From: Salisapilia sapeloensis CBS 127946
Taxonomy: Eukaryota > Protista > Oomycota
Assembly: GCA_023334545.1 (NCBI GenBank)
Contig: JAADVB010000022.1
Location: forward strand, 60,398 to 124,397
DNA length: 64,000 nt
Reading direction: 5' to 3'
Of this stretch, positions 10,675-23,001 are shown piece after piece. The stretch's first letter is position 1; the number at the start of each line of letters is the position of its first letter. The translations under genes and the position numbers were made by a program. The notes under the pieces were generated by a model that was not told where the DNA came from, did not search any database, and saw only the letters and a program-made list of their open reading frames with translations.

Positions 10675-13449
10675 ATGGATTGGCACGACGTAGAGTATGA
10701 ACGTGATCGGGAGCGACGTCACCATCGGCATAGAGACCGTGATGAAAGTTCCAGGGATCGAGATCGCCACCGTCATAGGCATCATAGTAGGCGCCACCAC
10801 TCACGGGAAAGAGATGACCATCACCGAGAGAAGGATCGTTACGATGAGCGAGATCGAGAATATCGTCGTCGTGATCGTAGCAGCAGTCGCGATCGAAAAC
10901 GGGGAGAGGACCGTGATCGGACATCATCTCACCACACTCGAACAACTTCTATGTTCTCTCGACCTGCTACCTATGATCCTCGTCTAGCGGAACGTACTTA
11001 CTCGATACGTTCGATGACGTACAGCAATGATGATGATGCTTCTTTGGGTGAAGCTGATTTGAGTCGACAATTGAAAGAGGAACTGGGACTTTCATCCGAT
11101 GACGAGATAGAGGAGCGTCAAGAAAGAAATGATGCTGTAGTCTCCGATGAAGCGAATGCCTGGAAAGAGAAATGTGAAAATCTGGAAGCTCAACTCCAAG
11201 AAACGAAAGAGAATGAAGAGAGGACCCGAGAATCGTTGAACAAGCTGCAGCTACTCAGCAAAAGTCAGACAGCTATTCTCAAGACAACGATGCTAAAGCG
11301 ACTTCAAGAGAAAGAGGATCAAATTGAGGAAGTTTTTAGCGTCGTAAAGTCACTGGAGAAGAAGCTGGAAGAGGCGAATGTAGAATACGATCCGTATTCG
11401 TTACCGAATGCTAGTGTGCCGACAAAGAACGCTAAAATGGAGGCGGTTGAAGAGATGGACGGCATTAAGGAAGAGGTGGAACGATTGCTTGCCGAGAATG
11501 AATCTTTGAAAAGTGGTATCAGAAGTAATGGAAATGCTTCATCAGACAAGGGTAGAGAAAAGAAGCTGGAAAAAGAGAAACAAGCATTGGCTTTGGAATT
11601 GAGCAAGTTGAAAGAGCAGCTAGCTGGAAATAAAGATAAAGCACAAGCGATGAATTTTAGTGAAGATACTACGGAAAAAAAGTTTATGGAGCTAGAGCAA
11701 AAGGTAAATTTACGAGTGCATTGTAGAAAGGAGTAATGGAAACTCAGGAGTGGTAAAATTGTAGCTTCATGAACGTGAGGGGCAGATCGAGGTGCATCTG
11801 CAAACGGTATTCACCAGTTTGGTAAACCATGATGTAAAAGCGTCTAATATGAAACTAAATCATATAGATCGAAGCTTTGCAAGCAACAATCCGTGCAAAC
11901 CAAAACGATTCAAGTACCACTTCTGCTTCCAATGCCAATGTATACTTGTATGAACTTCTTTATGCCGCTGATGCTAATCAAATTGCGTATGTGCTTTTGT
12001 TAGGCGGAAGCAGAACTTATTGAGTTACGATCGAAGCTTGCATTACAGCAAAAGGAAGCGACAGACAAAGAGTTGCAGTCGCAAGAAAGGTACAAAAAGC
12101 TCAAAGGAGCTGCTGAAACGGAACTATCGAAGATCAAGGAGCAGGCTAAACGAGCTATTATCGATCTCAAGCAGCGACTACAAGCTGCATCCGGTAGGAA
12201 GAAAGCTGATAGTCAAGCTCTTCTTATGGTCCGCAAGGAGCTGGCGACACAAAAGTCCAATTTGTCTCTTATCAAATCACATGTCAAGCAGCTATCAGGA
12301 AACCAATTTTCAGCAATTGGGAAGCAATTGACGGCACAGTTGACGGACCGGGTCCGACGACAAGCGGAAGCAATGGCTGGTGTCGTTGAAAACTACGAGC
12401 GTGAGATGAAAGAGCGTAAAAAGTTATTTAATTTAGTGCAGGAGCTGCGTGGAAATATTCGAGTGCTCTGTCGCTTCCGTCCGATTTCAAAACAAGAGCT
12501 AGCTCGTGGAAACAAGCTTGCAGTTAGCAAATTTACTCCTGAAGGGGTGACCGTTTCTGGAGACAAGGGTAAAGTCAAGGCATTTGAGTTTAACCACGTC
12601 TTTAATGTCGATGCGACCCAAGATGAAGTTTATGCTGAAGTGCAGCCACTCGTTACTAGTGTGCTCGATGGCTACAGTGTTTGTATCTTCGCCTACGGCC
12701 AAACCGGATCCGGAAAGACCTTTAGTATGAGTGGCGTTGCGGAGAACCCTGGCATCAATCCAAGAGCCTTGAAAGATCTTTTCGATTTGAAGACGCGTCG
12801 ATCCAAGGAGTTCCAAGATGAACTTGCTGTGAGTGTAATGGAAATTTACAATGAGCAGATACGAGACTTGTTGGTTGAGGATGCTACGGCTCCGAACAGC
12901 CTTTCAGTCCGACAAGGGCCAAATGGTAACTATGTACCTGGTTTGACGACGATCCCTGTTCATACGCTGGAGGAAGTCGAAAGACTGATCGATCGAGGTA
13001 ACGACAATCGCAGTACACATGCGACGGACATGAACGAGCATAGTAGTCGCAGTCACTCGATTTTGTCCGTCCAGCTGAAGAGCACAAATATTGTTACCGG
13101 TGTCGTGGCGAGAGGAAAGCTGTTCCTTGTCGATTTGGCGGGATCGGAGCGTCTGTCGAAAACTGGAGCGGAAGGTCAGCGGTTGAAGGAAGCACAGAAC
13201 ATCAACAAATCGCTCTCTGCACTTGGAGATGTCATCTCCGCTCGAGCGAACAAGGCCAAGCACGTGCCGTATCGCAATAGTTCTCTGACGTACTTGCTTC
13301 AAGACGCTCTTGGTGGAGATTCCAAGACGCTCATGGTTGCTTGTGCCAGTCCAGTCGACTACAACAGTGAAGAAACCTTCTGCACTCTAAACTTTGCTGC
13401 TCGAGCGCGCATGGTTGAGATGGGTCGAGCGACGAAGAATGTCGGATAA
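10675..13449 (+). CDS. Kinesin-14 (C-terminal motor) with RD/RE/RS-rich N-terminus and long coiled coil
   Basis: Three in-frame introns between about 11704 and 12003; neck ELRGNIRVLCR, P-loop GQTGSGKT, NEHSSRSH, DLAGSER. Confidence 0.93.
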
Positions 13450-13601
13450 CCAGTAGTTCTAGGTTACTAAGAGATAACTCCGCAATATACCCTTCATTTG
13501 ATACGAAGAGGAACGCCATTGTGGTAGAAAAAGAATAGGTAGGATTCAAAACGAAATAGGAACGTCCAGGCGACTCCAAAACAATCAAATCGACTCACAG
13601 A

Positions 13602-16600
13602 TTAGAGACGACGACGCACTCTCTTCTTACTCGGTACTGCAGCTTCATCTTCCGAAGGTTCACGAGCTTCCTCCACGTCTTCAGCATTCTCCTCCGTCGG
13701 TAGTTCGGACTCTTCATCAATCGTATCTGGCTGCCCACCAACGTTGGACATGGAGTGGGAGCTGTTAGATCCAGCAGGTGTCGCCGGTGTCTCTTTGCTC
13801 TTTTCACTCTGTTTCGGACGACGATCCTTCTTCGCTAGCATCTCACGAAACTCTGTCACGACTCGCCACTCATCACTTTCCTCTAATTCGTCTCCACCAG
13901 GTGCATCTCGATGGCGTTGGACAAGTTGCTCAAAGTAAGCTCGTATCTGCCTCGCACTCGGTGCATCGATCAAGTGCACATACTTTTTCAACGGTTCAAG
14001 GAAAGCAAACGTCTCTGGTACCTGCATCGAAAACCGCACTCCTTCCATGAGGAACCGAGACAAAGGTCGACGTAGAGGCTGGGACACTTTACCCACTCCA
14101 AGTGACCGACTGAACCGTTTCGACAGCTCTTCCATGGTAATCTGCGCGTCCTCCTTTTGTTTCTGCACAGCCTCCTTATCCTCATCATCGTCTTCAAACG
14201 CCTGTAAGCTCTCTTCCAACTCAAGGACAGAGCTGAAGCTATCGCGAAGGGCACTCATCTGGTACTCCAAATACCGCGGCGGTGCGTTGGTTTTCAGCTG
14301 CTTGGCAAACGCCTTGACAACGTTTAGCGTCGGTGCTTCGTCTGACGTAAAGTAGAGCAGCAAGGTAGACGCCTGGTGCTGTCGACTCGGGTTGCATGCA
14401 CTCACTTTTCCTAACGCCACCAGTAGCTCTGCCTTATGTCGTTCCGTCTTGTCCTTTGTATTTTCCTCACTCGCTTCCGTCGACATCTCTCGCGTAAAGT
14501 AGAGCTGCCACAGCATCGCGAGACGAGAGGGAACGGTCCAGTGCAACGACTTGTACGGTTCAGGCGTTTGCTGTAGCTTTTCGACTAGCAAGCAGCATGT
14601 ATCACAAAATGTCATGAACGCCTCCTTCTGTGCTCCTTGGACAAACGCTTCCTGCTCATCGGATGTGAGCGTCACTTCTTGTCCGAACTGATCGTCGGAC
14701 TGGGAGTCTGGTGCACCAAGACGCATCTCAAGGACGTACGAAAGACCTTGCTCTAGTAGCTTGCGAGACGCATATACACCCGTAAGCTGATTTCGAACAC
14801 TATCATCTGCTTCATGAGTGATCTGATCCGCATCCGAACTTTTCTCTTCGATAGTTGACGTCTCGAGTTTCTTGGCGATTGCTTCCAATTGCTGAAAGAC
14901 AGGACTCGTCTGCCATAACAAGTCAAAGTAAAGGACTTTGACAGCACTCGCAAGAGTATCTGATTGCAAAAGTGTTTCATCTAGTGCCACGACGTCCTTG
15001 GTACGACGTCGGACGAGTGCCACCAATTCACTTCCAATGGTGTCCATCTCAGACGTCACATCTCCCATATCTTCCGATGGAGATGCAGATGCTGTCGACA
15101 GCCACGTACGGACGTCCCAGAATTGGCAGAGCTTCTGCAGTCTCAAGAGCGACGCTTGTAGTGCGAATTGGACGTCTGCCACAGTCTTTCGCTTCTCCTG
15201 TCGCTGTCGTTTTGGAATTTTAGCGTGCTTTCCATGCACCAGATCGATATGAATCTCCGCATCGTCCTCCAAAAGCTGCAATGTGCGTGTCACAACCTCC
15301 GAAGTTACCTCCTGCAACGCTGATTCCGTCTCTCGTTTCACGACTTCATGCTCTGTTTTAGAAATGTGACGTAGACAGCTAACGATGGACGTGACGATGT
15401 GCACATTTGAATGTGCAAGGAAACTCTGCTGCAGACGCTCCACCAACGCTTTCACCTGCTCTACACTGTTCCCAATCACACTCGTGTCTTTCGATAGAAT
15501 CGGTAGGAGCTCTAGCAACAACGATAGTTTATCTTCCTCCGCATCGTATTGCGTCAGTAGCTCTGGCAACGCACGGTAGAAGACTTGCGACAAGTCCGCC
15601 TTGTCTTCTTCCCACCGCCGTTTATCGTCGGCAGACTTTAGAGGCCGAGACTCCCCAGACACTGTCTTCTCTACGACTGATACGAGGACGCGCAAGAGGA
15701 TCGTCTGCTGTTCACGCGTAAAGTCCGGAGCATTCTTATCGAAGAGCAAGAGATTCGACAGCAGTCTCCAGTCACGCACAATCGGACAAGTCTTTTCGTC
15801 CCAGAAAGCGTCGACCAACGTTTTACACGCACGAGGGTTGATCTCATGCTGGTCCATACAGTCTTCCGCGAACTGGACAAACGCAATGGCTTGTGTCGTC
15901 TGCTGCTCTCGACTTAGTTTCTCTCCGCCTACGAACGCATCGTACTGCATGCACACAAAGGCAGCAGCAGCTCGACGGACTTCACGACTACTAGGATCAA
16001 ACACGAGTTTCTCAGCGTCCTGTACGTCCACATCTTCATCCAACAGCTTCTGTCTGTCTACTATCACAAGTAACTCGAGAGCAGATCGTACGACCGCCGC
16101 ATCCACATCCTTGCACATTTCCACGAACCTCGAGGAGAAGTGGCTCGTGAATTGGACCAGCGCCTCAGCGTTCTCATCGCTCGTATACAATTCCTTGAGA
16201 GCATCTAGACATGCGAGACGGACGGTGCTAGAACGATCGCTAAGTAACCAGCCGATGTACTTAAGTACATTTCCTTGGAGAAATTGATCCGGTAGTACTT
16301 GGATCCAGTCACACAGTGCCACGACACTTTCCTTTCGAATGTCTGGAGACACGTCGCGATAGCGATGCATGAAAACGTTGCGATAGACAAGTCCAGCGAG
16401 TTTGTTTAGCTGTTCCAGTCGATTTTCATGCAAATCTCGATCTTCTTCCAACACCGTCGTCCGCTTCGACTTGCTGTTTTTAGTCGAAGCAGCTTTCAAC
16501 TGCCGGTTCGCAGTCTCCAATTGTTCGGAGGTTGTTGATGCACACATGACAAGAGCACTCGCCACTGCATATGCTCCAAAGGTCATAGTGTGCCGCAGAG

Positions 16601-17358
16601 CTCGGACGTCGGAGCTAGAGAAGGCAGTCAGCCACTCGACGAGACGACTGATGAGACTCGTCGTGAAGAGCAGCTCGCTATCAAAGCTTTGCTTCACTAG
16701 CTCTTTCCACACAAGAGACAAGTTCCGATGGAATTTCGCATGCCCTTTGCGTTTCGAAGCAAGAGGATACGTGTCCGTACTGGCGTCCAGGTCCGTCGCG
16801 ACACGCTCCGTGAGTTCTGCATAATCTAGATCTTCGATCGCTATGTCGGACGGAAGGCAGATGCCGTTGCCACCACATGCCTGAAGAGAAAAGTTAAACA
16901 GTTCTCTCGTGGCTGCATCTGCATCCTCGTCATATCGATCTCGCCATGCCTCAATGTCATCTCTCATGACACCTCCGCCAAGTCTAACGGCATCTAGCAG
17001 CAGCTCATCCTTATTACCGACTTTACCATCGCGTTCATCCGTGTCCTTGGTTTTCTTCGTTGCACGAGATTTTAGAGTCGAAGCTGCTTTACGCTTGGCC
17101 ACAGTCTTCTTGGTTGCTTCTTTAGCTTTTTTCTTTGACTCCTTTTGAACCTGTGGTGCAAACGTCTCGTCCTGCGCATCGTCCTCACTTTCGCTTCTAG
17201 AGGTATGACGTGCAAGTGAGTATTGGATTTATACGACATAGAGGTAGATACACGCACTGAGAGTCGTTCGTCTCGTCGTCCTTTTGCTCACGACGAGTAT
17301 TGTCAACGGAAAAGAGCGTCGGTTGCTTCCGCTCTCGAGTACTCCGACGCACAGCCAT
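13602..17358 (-). CDS. STAG: Cohesin subunit SA/STAG (Scc3)
   Basis: STAG domain (SSSDVRALRHTMT), SCD (FMHRYRDVSPDIR..LKYIGWLLSD). 5' exon MAVRRSTRERKQP is joined by a GTGCGT..CTAG intron near 17200-17257. Confidence 0.92.
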
Positions 17359-17709
17359 CGCTTCCACACTCGTCCTATTCAAGTCACTTCGATACGTTTT
17401 CCCGCCATTATCTGCGTCTTCAATAAAGTACGAAAATTAAATTTGATTTCAACGAAAATATTTCTCATCCGTCTTTCTATTCACGTTCGTTTCGTATACA
17501 ATCGGCTTTAAGATGTATGCAGCTTTTCTATTCCTTCGCAGCGTGGACCATGGAATCTCGATCGTCAGTACTTTGGCATGGAGTGTCAACTTTCGCAAGT
17601 CCGCGTCATGCACGAGTCTCACTCGTCGTCCCATTTCTTACAATTGTCAAGTCAACAGCTGACGTAGATGTAATTCTCTGGACTTTTCTGAGTACGAAAG
17701 GAACATCAT

Positions 17710-17725
17710 GTTCATTTCCGAATTT
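17710..17725 (+). promoter_or_regulatory. INR-FPR core promoter
   Basis: GTTCATTTCCGAATTT, a 15/16 match to GCTCATTYBNNNWTTY; favours ATG 17762 over 17708. Confidence 0.6.
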
Positions 17726-17761
17726 CCTACCTCGAGCGTAAGACGAAGCACAAAGGAAACC

Positions 17762-18691
17762 ATGCCAGGATCAAGTAGCAGTAGCACCAGTAGTGATGAC
17801 GAAGGACGGCAGAGTGGCACGATCCACGTCAAGGTCCTTCGAGCACACAACTTGCCGACGCTCGACCTTGGCAAACGCCAGGATCCGTTCGTCAAAATCA
17901 CGCTGACTGGCACCGGCTCCACAGCCACAACGGACCCTGCGTTCCAGGGCGGATCTTCGCCGGAATGGACGCAGAACAATGAGCTTGAGCTCTTTTATGA
18001 TGCCAAGAGCAACCACAAAGATGTGATTCTCAAGTTTGAAGTCTTTGCGAACGAGTACGGCCAGGAGCTGCTTGGCACAGGTGACCTCAACTGCAATGAA
18101 GTCATTGAAAAGCGCGCCAAATCCGAGTCGCCGGCTACGGTGCGTATGCGCGATCCGTCTGGATCCGGCCAGCGTGGTGAAGTGCACATTACGATCTGGT
18201 ACGGTCCACCTGTCCGCAAGGCTTTCCGTGCGGCCGGCCGTGCCACCAAGCTCTTGGATGCCCGTGACTCGGTCGTCTGGTCGGCGTACGGAGCTTTTTC
18301 GAGCGCCTTGGCGTACATCGCGTACTACCTGCAGGTTCCGAAGGAGATGATCAAGCGCAACCAAAAGATCAGTATGGCTCTTGCAGCGCTGACGGCGATC
18401 ATTGCTGCAGGTATTGCTGGCTTGTTCATGCTTGTGGCGATTCCCACGACACTCGTAGCTGCCTTTACCTTCCCGCTGTGGATCATTCCGTTCCTTGTCA
18501 CAACGTTCTTCACGGCGCCGCTGTGGATTCCAGTCGTGCTGCTCGCGGGCGGTTTCATATTCTTCACCACGACGTTCATCTTCGGTCTTGGTGTGACGTC
18601 CCGACCCGTTCGTCGTCGCGGTAAGTTCGTTTCGAACAAATTCAAGCACACGGACGTTGGCAAGCGTGTCGTCTACGAGAAGACGCAGTAA
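17762..18691 (+). CDS. C2-domain protein with long C-terminal hydrophobic hairpin
   Basis: IHVKVLRAHNL..QDPFVKITL..SSPEW..LKFEVF..LLGTG (C2 domain), then an uncharged proline-containing segment of about 70 aa. Confidence 0.85.
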   Translation: MPGSSSSSTSSDDEGRQSGTIHVKVLRAHNLPTLDLGKRQDPFVKITLTGTGSTATTDPAFQGGSSPEWTQNNELELFYDAKSNHKDVILKFEVFANEYGQELLGTGDLNCNEVIEKRAKSESPATVRMRDPSGSGQRGEVHITIWYGPPVRKAFRAAGRATKLLDARDSVVWSAYGAFSSALAYIAYYLQVPKEMIKRNQKISMALAALTAIIAAGIAGLFMLVAIPTTLVAAFTFPLWIIPFLVTTFFTAPLWIPVVLLAGGFIFFTTTFIFGLGVTSRPVRRRGKFVSNKFKHTDVGKRVVYEKTQ

Positions 18692-18887
18692 GCCGACAAA
18701 GGTCGTCGGACATCGCTTATCGGCTCGTTTTTATTTTCAATAGTATGAGGCAACGGTCAGCAGTCGACAAAGATCGCTTCGACCGTTTGTGAGAGCGATG
18801 GAGAAAGTATGAAATGAAAAGAAAAATGATTGGAATTCGCACATATCCGTTTCATGGTAGTATTTTAGTTCCTGACAAAGAGTTCGG

Positions 18888-21450
18888 ATGGGCAACGCAC
18901 CATTAGGAAGTGAGCTTGCTGCGAAGAAGTTTCCGCCGGAAGCCAAGGCAGCCGTCAAGCGCTTCGGAGATGAAGAGATTCGGATGATTCGCGAGGCCTT
19001 TAAAGGTTTGGCGCAAACTAGCAATGGTGCAACGATTGACAAAGAAACGTTTCTCAAGTTCTTTCCGCTTGGAGGGCTACTTGGAGGTATGTTTTCTACC
19101 TGCATCTGTCGTGAATAGATATTCTAACCTAGCGATATAGAACGTTTGTTTGAAGTCATTGCTTCGGCAAAGGTAGCCAGCTCTAGTAGCTTTCGAGTAA
19201 TGGTAGCTACATGGAAACGTGCCATAGAATACAACCGGTATCAAGTACACCGAATTTGTGTACGGACTAGCGATCTTGCTACGAGGCACGAGGGATGAAA
19301 AGCTTAAGTTCATATTCGAGTTGTTCGACATCAATGGGTACGTGACATCCATAGCACTTGCTAGGTCAGTGGTAACTTGGACGAGATGTAGGACGGGCTC
19401 AATTGCCAGGAGCAACCTACTGACGATGTTGTATCAGCTGCCTATTGTCGCTGGCTCCGTATCTGCTACGTCGTCGGAAAAAACAGGAACATCGAATGAA
19501 GAGTCGAAGGAAGATGCGCAGGTAGCATCGGACATAATCACTCGTATCGATGTGAAATTGACAATAATGCTATGGATATGTTGGGATAGGTGAAGTGCAT
19601 ACAAAGATTGGTCGATGATGCACTGCCTACGAATGATCCGACTGCAGCACTCACCTTCGATGAGTTCATGGACTGGTGTGAACGATGTCCAGAGGTATCC
19701 GAGGTACTGTATACGCTTGATATGTGAAAGGAAGTACCGTCCTCACGCTTTATAGATGCTATTAAGACTCTTACCAAACGACGTATCCACATCTCCTGTC
19801 ACGCCACTTGACATGTAAGCACTTGGACCTATACCAGAATTTTTATCTCCGTAAATGACGATCTGAACGTTAGCCCATCTGCCAGTTCGCTCAGCTTGGA
19901 GGATGGAGAACTTGGACGTAAGCGATCATCCGTTATGAATATCGTTGTACGGTACGTGGAAACTCCTCCTTCTTGCGGATGCAAATCGTTCATAAGTGCT
20001 TCTAGTCGAAATTCTCCCGAGAAACTACAGCAATTGGAGGATCAAGAGTATCGTAGCAAGTTAGACAAGACTCGACAGTTATTAGAAGAAGCAAGGAGCA
20101 TTTGCCCGGCGACGTCTCTTGCAGTCAAGATTGGACACATCTTAGATGAATTCGAGACGACTGCGAAAGGAGTTTCCAGTCGATTATCCGAGTCTCCTGT
20201 ACACGAATACAACCTTTTCGCTGATATCCCAGATGTCATTCCTGTGGAGGAGCACGATGATTTGGAAGACAATGATACAATGTGCGGATACTTGTGGAAA
20301 CGGGGGGCACGGCTGCGACAAATGCTCACAAGATATTTCGTTTTACAGGACAACTTTCTCTACTACTACACGTACAGTATCTGATGCCAATGTGTTTTGC
20401 TAATTTAATCTAACTTGAATGTGCAGCAATGAAGATGACACAGTACCTCGTGGAGCCTTGTTTATGTGCGGATACTACGTTGAGTCAAGTGGCGAAAATC
20501 CGATCGTAGAAAAGAGTGAAAAGTATTATGGCATCGAACTCGTGCCGGAATCGGGTGCTACCAAACTTAAGCGCACTATATATGCCAAATCAGTGGACGT
20601 CCAGAACAAATGGGTAAACGCACTACGCCAAGCGACTGAGAAGCGTTCTATTGGTGAACACTACATAATCGGTGAAGAGCTCGGTCAGGGCAAGTTCTCT
20701 GTCGTCTGTCAAGCACATCATCGGGAGACGTTGGATGGATATGCTGTGAAAATTATAGACAAGAGCAAGCTGGACTTGGCCGAGAAAGAATTGCTTCGGA
20801 CTGAAGTTGCGATTTTGAAACTCGTTCATCATCCGCATATCGTTCAACTCGTGGACATCTTCGAGGACCCACAGTTTATCTACATCGTGACGGAACTGGT
20901 AGCAGAAGGAGATCTTTTCCAGCATATTGAAGACCATAAACGATTCTCCGAAAGTCAAGCTCAGATTGTGATGAAGCCATTGTTGGACAGCGTTGCCTAC
21001 CTCCATCGACTCGGGATTGTCCACCGAGATTTGAAACCAGAGAACATTTTATGCGGAGAAGACCTCGGGGATCTAAAACTTGCGGATTTTGGATTATCCA
21101 AGCTGGCACATCCGGATGAAGTGATGACAATGGCGTGTGGAACGTTGCACTACGCAGCACCGGAAGTGCTAGCGCAGTCCGGATATGGGCAAGAAGCCGA
21201 TAACTGGTCTCTTGGCGTCATCATGTTTTTGCTGCTCATGGGAGAGCTGCCTTTCAATGGACGAGCAAAGCAAGACATATTTAAAAAGATACTGCATGGA
21301 GAAGTGAAAGTCGAGGAGAACTACCTCTGGCGCTCGCTTTCGACATCGGGAAAGTCTTTGCTTTCGGGGTTGTTGACAAAAGATCCGACGAAGCGAATAA
21401 CAGCCGAGTGTGCACTGCGACACCCATGGTTCCACGAGAGCGACCAATAA
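18888..21450 (+). CDS. CaMK-group kinase with N-terminal recoverin-like EF hands and a PH domain (multi-exon)
   Basis: MGN start; [23 protein letters not shown]; [23 protein letters not shown]; kinase [27 protein letters not shown]. Confidence 0.9.
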
Positions 21451-21638
21451 TCACATGAAGGAATACACGTATCTGCTACTGCTTTCTTACGGCCGAAATG
21501 GCTGCTGCCGCGTTGCTCCATGAGGCTTCAAGTCTACTTCAACATATATGTCAGATCTGATAATAGTGATACTCGGTATGATTGGTGGAAAATATGACTG
21601 GAGGCACAACAAGTTGGAACACGAAAGGACGAGTCGGT

Positions 21639-22998
21639 ATGACGGAGACGCAAGGTAGACATACATGTTCTCTCAAATAGTTTGAATGGATTGCAGCCCT
21701 ACCAAACGGCTTTATAGAAATTGTTTGACCACTAATGGTACTTGCTTTGCTTTTGGATAGATCAAGAGAGCCGACAGAAACTGTCAGAGGAAGCACAGCA
21801 GATTGACACCAAAGTGTCGGCGCTTAAAAATGACCTAGAGGTATGTTTATTTAAGGCGCATACTCTACTCTTTATAATTGACAAGCTAATAGGAGCTTCC
21901 GACTTCGTCTGGCCTTGGCTATCTACAAGTGAAGAACCATGCGCTACTTAATTACACCAAGCTTGAGCTCTTTTACGCCCTACTCAAAGTACACAATCGA
22001 TATAATGCCGTCAATAGTACATACTCACCAGATCGCATATAGTTGGAAGCTCCAGAGCAGGTGCAAGATCACCCAGTCTTCACGGAACTCGTCCGCTACC
22101 GAACACTTCTCGAGCGCATTCGGTACTTTTACATTATCTCTCCTCCATTCATCTCGTTTTCTGACATTCTTCGTAGACCTCTTGACCGAAAGATGAAGTA
22201 TCAAGTGGACAAACTACTTTCTCTTTCGTTTGCCACGAATGCCGATGCTGTCGATGAGGCCATGAACTACGGTCCGAACCCATCGCAGCTCGTCACGAAT
22301 GACGTGGAGGAGACGCCGGAGACCAATGAGCGGTTCGATCCGATGAAGCAAGCTGAGAAGGAAGGCAAGTACGTTCCTCCTAAGCTTGCTTCGGTTCCAT
22401 ACGATGAGGATCCGGAAGCAAAGAAGGAGGAGAAGCGTCGGAAGAAGCAGATGAAACGGATGGAGCGATCGACACTCTTGTCGGAGATCCGAGGCGAGTT
22501 TAGTGAAAGACCGGAGGAAATGAGTACGAGCGTGGACACGGCACTGGACAAGCAACTTGCCAAGGAGGATGCAGAGAAGAAGGACTATGAAGAGTCTCGT
22601 TTCGTTCGTCTCGTGACGAGCAAAAAGGATAAGCAGAGGAGGAAGCAGCGGGAGCAAGAGGCTCGTAGTGGTGCAGACATTGGCAACATTGACAGCTTCG
22701 TCGGCGTCCAGGAAGCATTAGGTCAAGGAGCTCGGAAGCGCAAGTACACGGAGAAGAAGAATCCAGTAGGAGGCAAGACAGGCGGTATCTTTGCGCATGT
22801 CGACGTACCGGTACGAAATCTTTTCATGCGTAACGTTGTTTGATGATGCTTACGACTGGCGAGTAGAAGGAAAGTGGCAAGAAGAGGAGGGTGCAGACCG
22901 ACAGACCGAATGGCGTACGAGAGACACCAGCGGCCGGTCAAAAGGAACGTGGGAAAAGTGGAAAGAAAAAGGTGGTCTTTTCCAGCCTGTTTGACTAG
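21639..22998 (+). CDS. NGDN: Neuroguidin/Lcp5 (Sas10/Utp3/C1D family), multi-exon; start may be 21594
   Basis: Spliced TSSGLGYLQVKNHALLNY..ELVRYRTLLERIRPLDRKMKYQVDKLL; GKYVPPKL; YEESRFVRL. Last exon 22867-22998. Confidence 0.9.
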
Positions 22999-23001
22999 TC
23001 A

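Noticed and set aside
17771-18649. 292-aa antisense ORF opposite the C2 gene, and other long shadow ORFs (52913-53779, 15601-16287)
   Set aside because: They mirror GC-rich codons of well-supported genes and have no motifs.
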